Shown here: positions 25,709 to 40,607 of the stretch, piece by piece
Numbering within the stretch: the stretch's first letter is position 1
Layout: the number at the start of each line of letters is the position of its first letter
DNA from: the human T2T-CHM13v2.0 reference genome, Homo sapiens
Direction: 5' to 3' (one strand)
Length of the DNA stretch: 64,000 nucleotides
Assembly: GCF_009914755.1 (NCBI RefSeq)
Contig: NC_060946.1
Notes under the pieces: generated by a model
The model's database searches: none
What the model saw: only the letters and a program-made list of their open reading frames with translations
What the model was told of the DNA's origin: nothing
Position numbers and translations under genes: made by a program

Positions 25709-28599
25709 TCACTTGCATAGTGGTTACTTGAATATGTTCATTTTGTAATGATTTATTGAGCTGTAAACCATTTATTTTGTACACTTTTCCTTATAGATGC
25801 TAACAAAACACCCGCATACACTGCCAAATAACTCGCAGATACAAGATGAAACCACAGTAGGATTAAATGTATCTACAATTGAATGATAAACAATCATTGC
25901 ATGGTTCTTTTAGTTAACTTTATAGCCACATTTATACTGGAGAAAAGGAAAGTTTCGAAAGTGAACTGTGTATCCATATTAAAGTAAGAAAAATAACAGA
26001 ATGGATAAAAAAAGTAGAAAGAAATAAAAGAGTGTAAATCAATAAAATTTAAAACCATGAAGATACAGTAGAGAAAATCCACCCACAAAGCCACTTCTTG
26101 AGGAATAAACCCATCAACATGACTTCCCAAGAGAAAAGAGAAGACACAAATAAACTATATTATGATAAAAAGAGAGAATTAAATGCAGATAAATCGAGAT
26201 TAAAAAGATAAAAGAATACCCTCAGTATCTATATGCCAATAGCTTTGATAAGTTTGAGGACATAAAATTCTTAAAAGATGGTAACTTACCAGAACTCACT
26301 GAATAATGAATAAAAAGCTTAAATAGTCCTATGCTGTTAAATAAATTGATGCATTAAAAAGTCTTCCCACAGAAACAAAAATGAAACAAGTAAATAGACC
26401 CAAATGCTATTAAAATTGAGAAAAAGGGGGAATGTTCTTTAACCTATTCTATGAGGTCAACATAACCGTGATACTAAAACCAGACGAGGACACTACAAGA
26501 AAATAAAATGAACAGTTAGTCTGCTGATGAATAATATTTTTTAAAACCCCAAATAAAATATTAGAAAAGCAAACCCACCAGTGTACAAAACATATGATAC
26601 ACTACAACCAAGTTGGGTTTATGGTAGTTGAGTAAAGATGGTTTAATAAGGGATTTATAATTTAAGTTATTAAATTAACAGATTAAATAAAGCGTATATC
26701 TTCTCCATAGATACAGAAAATTCATTCGATAAAATTTTAAAGGCTCTTAGTAAATTAGAAATAGAGAATTTTCTTAACCTGCAAAAGAATATAACAAATC
26801 TGGGATAAACAACATTGTAAAAGTGGGAAATGTTGGAAACATGATTTAGAATCACTAAAGGGGGGGATATCTGGTACTGACACTTCAACATTGTATGGAA
26901 GGGCTTAGCTAATGCATTAACATGGGAAAAATATATTAGGCAAAGGACTAGAAAGTGGAAACAGAGCTGCCATCATTTATAGATAACATGGTTATTTAGA
27001 GATTCTAAAATAATCCATGCACAAATTATCAAAAATAATAAATATTTAGCAAAATGGCCTAATATAAGATTAATATACAAAATGCCGAAGGTCAAGAGGT
27101 GTCACTTACAAGAGTATCCAGCTATCAAGTGTTCACTAGTAGATATAACAGGGTATGTTCCAGAGCTTTGCAGAGAAAGTTATACACTTCATTAAGAGAT
27201 ACTAAAGAGGAGTAAATAAGTGGAAGGAAAATGAATGGATAGGAAACGTACTACAGTGAAGATATAAACTCTTCCTAGTTTGATTTAAAGATTAAATGCT
27301 CTTCCAATCATATTCCCCATGGGTATTTGGAATGATATTTTAAAGATGATTCTGAACATTACATGGAAGAGTCAATGGCCAAGAATAAGCAGGACACTTT
27401 TGAAGAAGAGCTGGGAGGACCTGCCCTCGTAGAGAAATCAGGCATTGTGTAAAGCAGTTGTAATTTAGCCATTTTCATACTGTGCAAGAGATATACACAT
27501 TTACCAACTGAACAGAATAGAGAGCTCAGAAGCAGACCCACCCCAGTATGGAACTTTGACAATGTAAGAGAGATGGCATGTAAGATCAATAACAGGAAGG
27601 AACTTTAAATAAATAGACTTATTTAAACATGGTTACCCATTCAGAAAAAGGCCAAATCACAGCCCTGCATTCTACATTATGCAAAAGTCAAATCCAGATG
27701 GATTAAGTGCTTAAATGTCAAAAATAAATCCTTAAAACTCTTAGCAAAAAACCTAAGTGATTTTTTTTAGAACTAGGGGTAAAGAATACTTTCTTATACA
27801 ATTTAAAAACCTTTGATTATAAAAGGAAAGATAAATTTGACTATATTAAGACTAAGGGCTCTGTCTGTCAAAAGACCCATTAAAGAGGTGAAAAGGTGAT
27901 TTACAAATTGGGAGATATTTCTAATATATAAAATTTATTTTAAAAAGTAATACCGAGTCTATGTATATGAAGAAAATATACATATGGAATGAATATTCAC
28001 ATAGTCTATAATCCAGAACCCAGAAATTGAACTTCGGGGTACTATGCAAGAGAAAGTTTGTTATAGTGTAATAGGTGAAATGCCTAAGACTACTCGTATG
28101 TTCAGGATAGGAAAAACTGGAAACAACTCAAATTCCTATCCATAGGAAAGTCGATTCCTAAATTATGATCTATTCAGACATGGGATCTTGTACAGCAGCC
28201 AAAACAAATGAACTACGATACGTGGAAATACAGATGACTCAATTAAAATGAAAATGAAAAAGTTCTAAAATATTTTATATAGCATATTACCATTTTTATG
28301 TATTTAAGCACAACTGAAAGAAAAGCATATACCCATTATGAATAGCTATCAATGCAATGCAATCATGTAAAAAGGTGAACAGGTGAGGATGGACCCAGGA
28401 CTCAGGATGATGGCTCCCTTGGATGGGGAGACAGAGGACCATGGGTCATTGGTGTGTGCACCACACAGATGCCAGTTACATCAGGGTCCTAGATTTGGTT
28501 CTGAAAGGTGGGTATGCAGATGAGTATTACATCTTTACAGATAACTAATTACATAACAAAGTAGCAGAGGACTGTGGACAGGCCACTAATGAGAACATT

Positions 28600-28970
28600 C
28601 CAGGTACTGTCACAGGGATGGTGGCTGTCTAACAACTTACCCCACAACTTAGTGGCAAAAACAATGATTTGCAATGCACATGGACTCTGTGGTCCAATAA
28701 TTCAGACTGAACACAGTGGGGATGGTTTGTCTCTAGTCCTCAATGTATGGGACCTCATCTAGAAGAGCAAGGATTCCTCAGACAATGTCAAGGTATCCTC
28801 TCCAGGTGGCTCTTCAGCATGGTGGCTGTAGGGTGGCGGAGTCTTACATGTTGACTCTGCTCCCTGCAAGGAGCACTGAGAGCATGAGTGAGACAGACAG
28901 GGGCTGCCGTGCCTTTGAAGACCCAGCCTCAGAGGATACGCAGCACACTTCTGCCATTACTTGAATGAAA
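28600..28970 (-). mobile_element. MLT1 LTR fragment
   Basis: acccacaacttagtggc...ctctccaggtggctcttcagcatggtggct...cacacttctgccat. Confidence 0.55.
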
Positions 28971-29011
28971 AGAGTCCTAAAATATTTCATACAGAAATAT
29001 ATGAATGTTAT

Positions 29012-29368
<357 letters not shown>

Positions 29369-29829
29369 TCAGGTGCAAGGGGAATGAACATAGGCCCCAC
29401 TTGTGGGTGGAGGAGCCCCTAGGGTGGGTATACATTGACACGGCCATTTTAGCAAAATGACATCTGCAGCAGGCAGGAACCAAGGATAATAATTAACCCA
29501 ATTCTATGCATCTGAGGTCCAACATGCAAAAATAAAAACAAAATAAATGGTTAAAAATAAGTCAATAAATTTAACTATTGACAGCGTAATTACTACAATT
29601 TTGTGCTTAAAAATGGTGAAAGTAAAACAATAGCCTACAATAATAGGAATAGGGTAAAGGATAGTTGAGGAGTTCAATGTGTAAAATGAGTTAAATTCTG
29701 CTGTTTATAGGAAAAGGTACAAATAAAGAGTAATTTTAGGAATTATTGGGAAAATATGTTTAATTCTGGTGATTAAAATTATGGCACGTCTTTTAAATAA
29801 TGTAATATATAGTATCTAAAGTGATTGTT

Positions 29830-30133
<304 letters not shown>

Positions 30134-30490
30134 TTAAAGAAAAAATTATTCACGAATACTTGTTAAAGCACGATAATAAAGACTTTTTTTCATTTTCAGG
30201 GCCGTTGAGATAGGTTTAGGGACAACAGCAATAGGATTGTGCAGTAGGAGAGATTGGGCTCCACTCTGAATATAGCACAGGCATGTGGAGATTTGTAACC
30301 AAAGATCAGGGTGGGGTCAGTGTATGGAAAGTTACTAAGAGGAAACATCAGGGGCTGGGGGATTCTGCCTTGCTGAAGACAGGCTAGGGTGACCGACATC
30401 GCCTGGGGGATGTTGGAGGATGAGGAACCCAGTCAGACAGTGAGGTGGACCAGATATCAAGGGGACAGGGTTCTGGCTAAACTGACTTAG

Positions 30491-30816
<326 letters not shown>

Positions 30817-31536
30817 GCTGAAACTATTTTATGGGAAAGCACACAGATGGGCCTAGGAGAAGGTTCAGAAGCCTGACTAAACCTTGATGAGGCAGAGAAT
30901 CTTTCTACCCCTTGTTTAAGGAAAGAAGAGGCATTCTTTTCGGTAAGCATTAGCAGTCCATTTTCTTGCTTGATCTTTGGTTAATTAAGGATCAGCTGAA
31001 TCATCTACTGGGCTGAGAGATCTGCTGGAGGGTGTGAGCCATCAGGCCTTTAATGAGGGGAGTTTAGATTCTATGGAAATAAAATAAAAACAAAAAATAA
31101 TATTTGGACACTCCATTTCCAAGTCCAGAGGCCAGCCAGTCAAAAAGATTTCTAGATGCTGGACCTGAAGTATCTTCAGTTGGCGTGAGGCAGGCTGTGG
31201 CAGATGGCAGGTTTTCCTAGTTTGCAGTTTGGATGTCATGAAGGTTGTCATTTGATGACCTGTCATGTAATTTTCGCTAAAGTTTATTTCAAGTCATCCA
31301 ACCTCATCCAAACTCAGCTGGAGCTTCAGCTGAAGTTTTCTTCTGAACCATTACTTTTTCTCTCTGAAGTCACACCCATTTATACCAAAGATAATCAGTT
31401 AGACTGGGCTGTTTGCAAAATAAGTTTATTTTCATTAAACTTTGCCTGGATATTTAGATACATGCAGCAAGAATAGTGACTGATTATACAGACTCTTTTA
31501 AGGTTTGCTTTGCTGGATCTTTTGAAAAGGAATCTC

Positions 31537-31916
<380 letters not shown>

Positions 31917-33790
31917 TTATAGATTTGGCAAATTCCTCTTTTCTTGAGGTCCCCCAAATATCTAAGATTTCTGGACTTGTCAGGAAGTGACATTCCTTTC
32001 TCATTGGTAAGGTTTGAAACAGTTTTCCAAGCTGTCTTCCCAGGCTCTTCAAAGTCAATTTTAGTTCCTTAAGCTGTCTGGTCGTATTAGAAAATATAAC
32101 ATTCCAATCAATATAACATTCCAGCCTTGGTGATGTAGCCAGTGTTTTCAATTGTGTCCTGTTATAAGGAGAACAGATTATCATGGAACTTATGCAAATA
32201 ACTATATTACTATAAATAAGAATGCTCACAAATCGTTTCCAAATTCTGGAGAAATCAAGTAAGAAGAAAAATGTTTCAATTTTTGTTCACAAAAGTACAC
32301 TTTACCAAATTGCTGTAAGCTATACATAGCTTAAAAGAAAAAAAAAGTTTCCTTAAATCTAGAAAACAAAAGATTTTAAAAACCAGCAATTTTTTAAACA
32401 AAATGTCATTAAAAATTTATCCTCATTTAGTTCATTTAGTCCCATGTAATAATTAACTCTTGTTCAGCTTGATCTCAGGATAGCTGTTTTATGAACCCAT
32501 CGGTTTCATTAAAGTTCTGAAAGTTCTTATCCAGTTAAATGGTATGATCTTAAAGTTATTGGAAACCTGTACTTGTCAGAGTCCTTTTCATGAGTCTCTT
32601 TGAAAAAGAAGCAATTTTGGATTGTAGCTGATTGCAAGGACTTTACAGCAGAATTAAAGTAAAACAATAACTGTCTGTAATAACAAAGACAAAATGACTA
32701 TAGTTAAAAATCTGATGAGCGCTCATTATAATGATGACACACTGATAGGGAAATTTGTTTATTTCTATTACATACACTATTTTTACATAATAACTGAAAT
32801 TATGACTGATAACATCAGATTTCTAGAAATTTCATATACTTTCTAGAACACATATTAATAAGATAGCCATACAAATTTAACTCAAGTAAAGGTAAATATC
32901 ATTTCTTATTTCACAGTGTTTCACATGCAACTTAATATATCAAATAAGCCTAATTAGTTCAATATCTTTCTTTTACAGATCCCTTCCGACCTTCCAGGGC
33001 CCTCCAGAATGTCCCAAAGTTAGCTAAAGGTCAAAAAGACTTAATTAGGAATTTGATCTTGGGAAGATTGTAAAAAATGTCAAAAAGTTTAGAACACTTG
33101 ATTAGATAAGATTTTGGTTATCTATTTAATTAAGGTAACAATAAAATATTTTAAATATTTTAAATTCAGAAAGTTTATAGGGTTTGAACAAAATCTTACC
33201 TCTTTTAATATTGGGGAGACTCAATTTTCTTAAGTAATCACAGACCTAGTAAAAGCTGTAAAGTACAAAAAATTCCCTTGATAAAATACAAAATCTTTGC
33301 TTTCTAGGCCACTTACTTAAAGTATTTTTAAAACCCTTATATTCTCAGACCAATACTCCAAGAAAATGTTGTCATTTTAACAGAAAAGACCAAATTCTAC
33401 TTTGCATCAATGTAGAACTTAACTAATTTTTAATAAAGCCTTATAAATGAATCCATGTAATCTTAGTGAGCTTTGACCACACAAGATTTTCACAATCCTT
33501 TTATAATCTCTTAAAAAAGATTTTCTTTTGCTTTTGCAATTGACGTGCATCAGGCAATTCATTTTTACTGTACATTCTGCTCTTAGGTTAGATTTATACT
33601 TTTATTTAACATCTAACAGACACAACAGAAACTTATCCAGCAGCAAACCCAGGCAAAAATGTATGTCTGTATTATCTTGAATCCTGACAATTCTAAAGAC
33701 ATTTTTACTTTCATCTTACAGTCAGTTTTAAAACTAGCTTTTATTTGCCAAAGATTATATCAGATTACATGAACTTAAAAAAACATTTTG

Positions 33791-34105
33791 GAAACCCCAT
33801 CTCTACAACAACAACGACAACAACAAAATTAGCCAGATGTAGTGGCATGTACCTCTAGTCTCAGTTACTCAGGAGACCTGATGCATGTCAATTGCAAAAG
33901 CAAAAAAAAAAAATATCTTTTTTAAGAGATTGTAAAAGGATTGTGAAAATACTATCTTGTGTGGTAATCCCCACTCGGAACAAGGATGGGAGGATTGCTT
34001 GAGCCCAGGAGGTTAAAGCTACAGTGAGCTGCGATTGTGCCACTGCACTCCAGCCTGGTGATGGACTGAGACCCTGTCTCAAACAAAAAAAAAAAGCAAC
34101 AACAA
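33791..34105 (+). mobile_element. 5'-truncated AluJ interrupted by an inverted copy of nearby DNA
   Basis: gaaaccccatctctac...gggaggattgcttgagcccagg...gagaccctgtctc; approximate TSD aaaaaacattttgga / aaaaacccatttggga. Confidence 0.9.
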
Positions 34106-35277
34106 AAAACCCATTTGGGATGGTTTCTATTTTCCTGAGAGTTTTATGAATACTTAATTTATTTAAGCATTAATTTATCCCTAAGCCTATTTGGGTATTT
34201 TAGTTAGGTGATATCAGCAGAGGTAGAAACCGTCATGTATATGTAACATACAAGCATACATGTACATATACATAAACATACCAATAGTTGCAATCTGATC
34301 TTATGGCTTTTCATTTAAAAAATTTTAGTCATGAGGGAATAAAACAGAGTAATATACATTCACTGGTTTTTCTCTAATCTATATTTTTATGTAAATATTT
34401 TATATTTATATAATATAAATATAATTATATGTTTATATATATTTATAAAGATATTTACATAATATAAAAAATTATATATTTTTACATAAATTGTGTTCCT
34501 GACAAAAATGGGACAAGTTAAGAGCTTATTAAGGGCTAAAGCTTTTTACCAATATTTGTAGAGAAGCATTTCAAAATTTTTCACTTACCCAGTTTCCAAA
34601 TAGTTCCTTCTTTTTCTCTCTTTTCTGCCTCACATGGTTGCTTTTGGGGGCTCCTGAGTCCCTTGAGAAGCCCCTGGGGAGGGTAGGGGGCCTAAGTTCA
34701 AGTGACTGAGAGGCTGGAGTGGGGAAGGAAAGGGCCTGGCAGGGGTGGGCAGAGGATGGAGGAGGTAGGGGCTCGAAGGAGGGCATATCAAAGAATTCAA
34801 GGGAACTGGAGGGCAAAACCATGCCAACAAGATGCAGTGGACAGAGCTGGTAGAGCACAGAGTCAGCAGTTCAAGAAAGGGGCTTCAGGTGACAGAGAAG
34901 TTCCCACAGGAGGATCAGCATCCAAAAGAGAGAACGTGGCCTCACAGAGGCCAGGAAGCAGAAAATCCCAGCCCCGGGAGTCAGAGAATAATCCCCACTC
35001 AGAACAAGGAGCCAGGAAGAAGACTTGGCAGCACAGAAGGTGCCTTTCCGAAGAAGCCTGGGACTCAGACCCAGCTTGAGAGCATATTCCCACACCTTAA
35101 GAATCAAAATCTATCCTTAACAGCTTCAACAGACTTTTGTCCAGAGCAGCGGCTCAGTAGTTTGACTCACCACTGGATCCCCAAATCAATCGGTCAGGAG
35201 TGAAGACAAAGGCCTCAAAACCATGCATGTAGGACCCTGGGTGGGAAGCCTGGGGGTTCAGTGATGAATCTGACCCT

Positions 35278-35295
35278 ATCCAAGTCATGGCACCG
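35278..35295 (-). promoter_or_regulatory. Retroviral primer-binding site, tRNA-His type
   Basis: Minus strand cggtgccatgacttggat vs His PBS tggtgccgtgactcggat: 15/18, two differences are CpG decay; 4 nt from the LTR end. Confidence 0.8.
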
Positions 35296-35654
35296 TAACT
35301 GTTAAGGAAAAAAATTATTCAATGGCCCTTGTCAAAGTACAGCAAGGAAGACTTCATTCAGGACCATCACGATAGGTATAGGGGCCACTGCAAAGGGGTG
35401 CTGTTGTCGGGAGAGATTGGGCTCAACTTTGAATACAGCACAGGCAAATGAAAATTAATAGCCAAGGAGCAGGATGGGGTAAGGGGATGGGAAATTCCTA
35501 AGAGGAGACATCAGGGTGAAGGGGATTCTGGCCAAATCCATCCGTTAGGATTCTTGCTGAGGACAGGCCAGGGTGGCCGACATCACCTCGGGGGTGGTGC
35601 AGGGTGAGGAACCTGATCACATAATGAGGATGATCAGATAAAGAGGGTGTGGGA

Positions 35655-35961
35655 GGCCGGGTGCAGTGGCTCACACCTGTAATCCCAGCACTTTGTGGGG
35701 CCGAGGGGGGCGGATCACTTGAGGTCAGGAGTTCGAGACTAGCCTGGCCAACATGGCAAAACCCCATCTCTACTAAAAATAGAAAAATTAGCCTAGTATG
35801 GTGGTGCATGCCTGTAATCCCAGCTACTCAGGAGGCTGAAGCAGAAGAATATCTTGAACTTTTGAAGCCAAGAGGTAGAGGTTGCATTGAGCGCCACTGC
35901 ACTTTAGCCTGGTGACAGACCAAGACTCTGTCTCAAAAAAAAAAAAAAAAAGAAAGAAAAA
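35655..35961 (+). mobile_element. AluS inside the 5' LTR
   Basis: Full dimer with poly-A tail. Confidence 0.95.
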
Positions 35962-36627
35962 TAAGTGTTAGCGGTTCTTGCGGAACTGTCTCTGCAGGGT
36001 TCTTTTGCTAAAACTCTATTTTACGGGGAAGTGCACAGATGGGGCTAGGAGAATGTTTGACTAAAGTTTGGCCAAGCAAAGAATCTTTGCCACAACAGAG
36101 AAACAAGAAACTACCATCAAATTAAGAGAAAGTAGGAAAGGAGGTAAGAGAAGCGAATAAATATGGTGGCAAAAGCCAAAACCAAAACCAAAACCAAAAC
36201 CAAAACAGGATAGCAGAAATAATTCAAAGTCTTCCAGCAATCATAATGAATGTAAATGCATTGGCCTTATCTTACATGACTGGGACATCAGGTAAATGTT
36301 TAAAAATGTAGCTATCGAAGGATGCCCCTGGAGGAAATTGAATTAGGCCCATTGTGCATGTGGTATTTCTCCCATCCTCCATCCTGAACCTTGAGAGAAG
36401 TCTTGCTTCCATCTACAACCTGCTTGAGCTGGGCTACAGGATGAGTCTCGGGTTGCACTGGGGCCTGAGGGTTCAGCGTTCTCCTGATGAGATGATACTG
36501 GTATCAAAGGACTCAGTGAGAGAACCAGGAAGGGGTGCATCATTGGAGGAATGTCTGGGCCACCAGCCATTGACCTGTCTGCGCCTGGAGACTCTGTTGA
36601 GTCCCTCCCAGTCTTGGAGAGGCTCGA

Positions 36628-36935
<308 letters not shown>

Positions 36936-37177
36936 TGGATTTTCATTTTTATTATGGAAGGTGTCATTGCTTTGTTCCTCATTTGTGACAAGGAGATTGC
37001 ATAGCATTTACCATGGGGACTCAGTGGGATGAAGGATGTGAATGTGCCCCAAGTGCCTTCAAGGGCCATGCCAACAGGAGGACGTTTCATTTGATGAAGA
37101 CACATCTTGGGAGCTGTCCTGGATCCCGGAGGACGAATTCTGATTTCTCCTTCCTTTGCAGAAACATCTTCCAAGAG

Positions 37178-37233
37178 CCTGCCATCAGCTCTGCCATCAG
37201 CCCTGCCATCAGCTCTGCCATCAGCTCTGCCAG
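37178..37233. repeat. 12-bp tandem repeat (ctgccatcagcy) x~4.5
   Basis: Directly visible. Confidence 0.93.
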
Positions 37234-38201
37234 TACTGACAAGGACTCCCTTGGAGGCACTTCCCCTTAGAGGCCCAGATCACTGGTATTTGTAATCAGC
37301 CTATATTTAGCAGATGACAATTACACTGACTGGGGAGGCACATTTGAATTCACCACTCAGTTGGCAAGAAGAGGAGAGGCCGTCACTCACCCCTCTGTGA
37401 GTGAGCTCTGGTGAATTCCTGGGAGCTAAAGCTTTCTAAACTGTCTTTTCATCATCTCTAAAAGCATCACGTTCTAATGAGGTCCCCAGACAGTGCCTCC
37501 CAACACAGGCAGAGGTGGACTTGGCCTCATTATTCCTCATATGAGACATCTCATGTGGTGGTAGGAGGTGGGAGGTGATGGTAAGAGGGGGAAGAAAGGA
37601 AACAATTCAAGTAAGACTATTTGCAGTTCAGATTATTCTGTGTTGTCAGAGGCAGGTGGAGGAAGCAAGTTGACAGGACAGTCTTAGCTAAAGCAACATG
37701 GATTGAAAAAAAGCCAGCAAGCCTAAAGAATTCTTGAAACAAACAAGCTCTGGATGGTTTCCAGAGTTCTCGACTTGCTGTATTTTGTCAGCTGCCGGCT
37801 CCAGACATGACTGGAAACGTCTGCTACAAGTAGCTGCCTAGCATGGCTTTCCTTCTTGGGAGAAGCCAGCTTCAGCTGCCCGTGGGCGTGTGCGGCCTAT
37901 TTGGCGAAAGCCGTGTTCACATCTGGGGCCCAGAAGGCCACTCTCCAGGGTCTCTGTGGTGAGGGTTGGGGTCTCTGCAGTCTGCCCTTTCCTCACTGAG
38001 ACCTTCCTGTAGAGAAGCCCACGGCAGGCAGGAGGAAAGTGTGTGGCCTGTCTGCTGGGCTCATGCCAAAGCCAGCAGGACCTGCCCGGCCTGGCCCTCG
38101 CCATGTCTGTGAGAGGAAATGCTCCGTAGGCCAGTGCTGGGGAAACGGGGCCCACATTTGTGGTACCAAACTTCTCTGTGTCCATGAGATAGGTGTTCTC
38201 A

Positions 38202-38637
38202 TCTGTCAGTTCCCCAGCTGCCTAACAAAGAAGCACAAACACAGTGGCTGAAACAACAGCAATAGATTGTCTCATGATTCTAGAGGCCATGAGGCCGAGA
38301 TCAAGGTGGCAGCTTGGCTGGGTCCTTCTGAGGCTGTGAGGGGGGATCTGTTCCAGACCTCTCCCCCTGCTGCTGGGGTCTGTTGGCTGTCTTTGGCATT
38401 CCTTGGTGTGTAGTTGCATCACTCCAATCTCTGCCTCTGTCTTCATGCAGCGTTCTCCCTGTGTGCCTGTATGTCTGTGTATCCAAATTTCCCCACTGTG
38501 TAAGGACCCTACGCGTGTTGGATTAGGGGTCCAGCTTATCCACTATGACCTCATCTAAACTTTAATTATGTCTGCAAGGTGCTGGGGTTACCACTTCAAC
38601 ATACGAATCTTGGGGTGACACAGTTCAATTCACGACA
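38202..38637 (-). mobile_element. MLT1C/B-type LTR
   Basis: cagtggctgaaacaacag...gagatcaaggtggcag...ggggtgacacagttcaattcacgaca. Confidence 0.82.
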
Positions 38638-39229
38638 CCTCTCAAAGCCATCACAGGCAGGAGACATCCCTGTAGGCCCCTTACCAGAGCAAAGGTGAGG
38701 GTTCCAGCTCCATTTCTGGGGAATAGAGGGGCCCGACTGCTCATCTCCCATGGCCACGTTGACAGCGGCCTCCTGGGCACTGAGAGCTGCTTAAGAGACA
38801 GCACAAATACACATGCCAGGTTGCAGCATCCTGCAGGAGGTGCCGTGAGCAGGTCTCGAGGACCGAGGGACAAGACATTTGCAGGGAGACACAGCAGCAC
38901 CTGCAGAATTGGGACATGGCGAGAAGCAGGGAGCAGAGTGCTGAGCATGGTGCTCGCCGAGGACACCAGGTGCTTGGCACCGAGGACTTGACCTGGGGTA
39001 CATGGACCTGGAAAGCTAGACAGAGGGTTTGCAAGCTACCTGTAAACACTGAGCAGCCTCTCAAGATGTTTGGGCGGAGCTGCTGTGATGCCGGAGCATG
39101 GTGGGCAGCCAGTACCCAGGCCTGCATCCTTTCACGGGAGCGTCCACCTCCGATGCCACCTCCCCTGCCTGGGCACCCACCCCTCCTTCCAGCCAGCCTG
39201 GCTCTTTGCTGTGCTGCTTTCTTTTTAAC

Positions 39230-39366
39230 ATTCCATTGTATGGATGGACCACATTTTCTTTATCCGTTCATCTGTCAATGGATGCTTGGGTTGCCTCCAC
39301 TTTTTGGCTGTTGTGAATAATGCTGTTACGAACACGGGTGTAGCCACTTCCTTTTAAAAATTGCAA
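39230..39366. repeat. 137-bp direct copy of 40251-40387, flanked by a 12-bp TSD
   Basis: 9 mismatches by manual comparison; tgctttcttttt at 39215-39226 and 39372-39383. Confidence 0.9.
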
Positions 39367-39871
39367 AAAATTGCTTTCTTTTTCACTTTTTTAAAAGAAT
39401 TAGGCATAACCATACTTCATATCATGAAAATGAGTCTGTAAAAAATCCACAAAGAAACTGTTCTTGGATTCTGGTCAAATAATGAAAACACTTGTAGACT
39501 AAAGTATATAAAAATACATTTTAATTAGCACGTTTTTCCCCTCATTTTCAAGTGACTTTTGTAGTCATCCTTTTCATAGGTAATGTTTCATCTCTTATAT
39601 TTTTTTCTGTCAGTGTTAGTCTGGTAGGTATTTAACTTTTGAAATGAAAACAAGCAGAATGTTCACCAAAATATTTTTGTGAGTGGGGAGGTTCCCCAGC
39701 AGCACATGGGAGAACGCATTGCAGTGGAATACTCTACAGCCAAAGTTGATGGGGAAAGAGGACGCACAAGCAGAAAGGATCTCGGGTGATGAGCTTACCT
39801 GCCATTGTAAGCCGTCCCAGGGCCGATCCACTCTTGCTTCTGAAAAGACTCTCTCTATGTATGAGTCCTGC

Positions 39872-40363
39872 CCCTTTTATTATTCTGTTAAAATTTACAT
39901 AACAGGAAATCTACCATCTTAACAGTTTTCAAGTATACGGTTCAGTGGTGTTAAATACATTCACTTTGTCATAAAACCACCACCACCCTCATTGCCAGAA
40001 CTCTTTTCATCTCGTGAAACTGAAATTCTGTACCCATTAAACGCCACATTCCCCCTTCCCCCAGGCCCTGGCACTCCTCTGTTCCACCTTCTGTCTCCAT
40101 GAATTTGACTTCTGTAGGGACCACATGTAAGTGGAACCTCACAGTGTTTGTACTATTGTGACCGGCTTATTTCACTGAGCATCGTGTCCTCTAGGTTCAT
40201 CCAGGCTGTAGCATGTGTCAGAACTTCCTTCCTTTTCAGGGCTGAAAAATATTCCATTGTATGGATGGACCACATTTTCTTTATCCATTTATCTGTCAGT
40301 GGATGCTTGGGTTGCTTCCACCTTCTGGCTATTGTGAATAATGCTGTTATGAACATGGGTGTA
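39872..40363 (-). mobile_element. L1MB-type 3' end
   Basis: Minus peptide PMFITALFTIARRWKQPKHPLTDKWIKKMWSIHTMEY (ORF2 C-terminus) plus 3' UTR. Confidence 0.9.
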
Positions 40364-40404
40364 GCCACTTCCTTTTAAAAATTGCAATCAGTTGCATTCA
40401 TTTA

Positions 40405-40562
40405 GTACCAGGCCCAGGCTCCCCTCCAGGGAGACAGGCAGAACCACCCAGCTAAGTTGTCCTGTGATTCCTGACTCTCAGAAACTGGGAGAGATGATAA
40501 ATGGCTTGTTTTAAGCTGCTAAGTCTTTGGATAATTTTGTTATGCAGCAACAGATTAACATA
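40405..40562 (+). mobile_element. MLT1 LTR 3' fragment
   Basis: ttcctgactctcagaaactgggagagatgataaatgg..ttgttttaagctgctaag..ttgttatgcagcaa. Confidence 0.7.
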
Positions 40563-40607
40563 GAGTGTGGAAGCAGAAATTAGGAGACCTAGATAAAGAC
40601 CCAGAAC

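Noticed and set aside
34571-35203. ORFs in the provirus leader as gag
   Set aside because: No recognisable matrix, capsid or zinc-knuckle motifs; short overlapping frames on both strands
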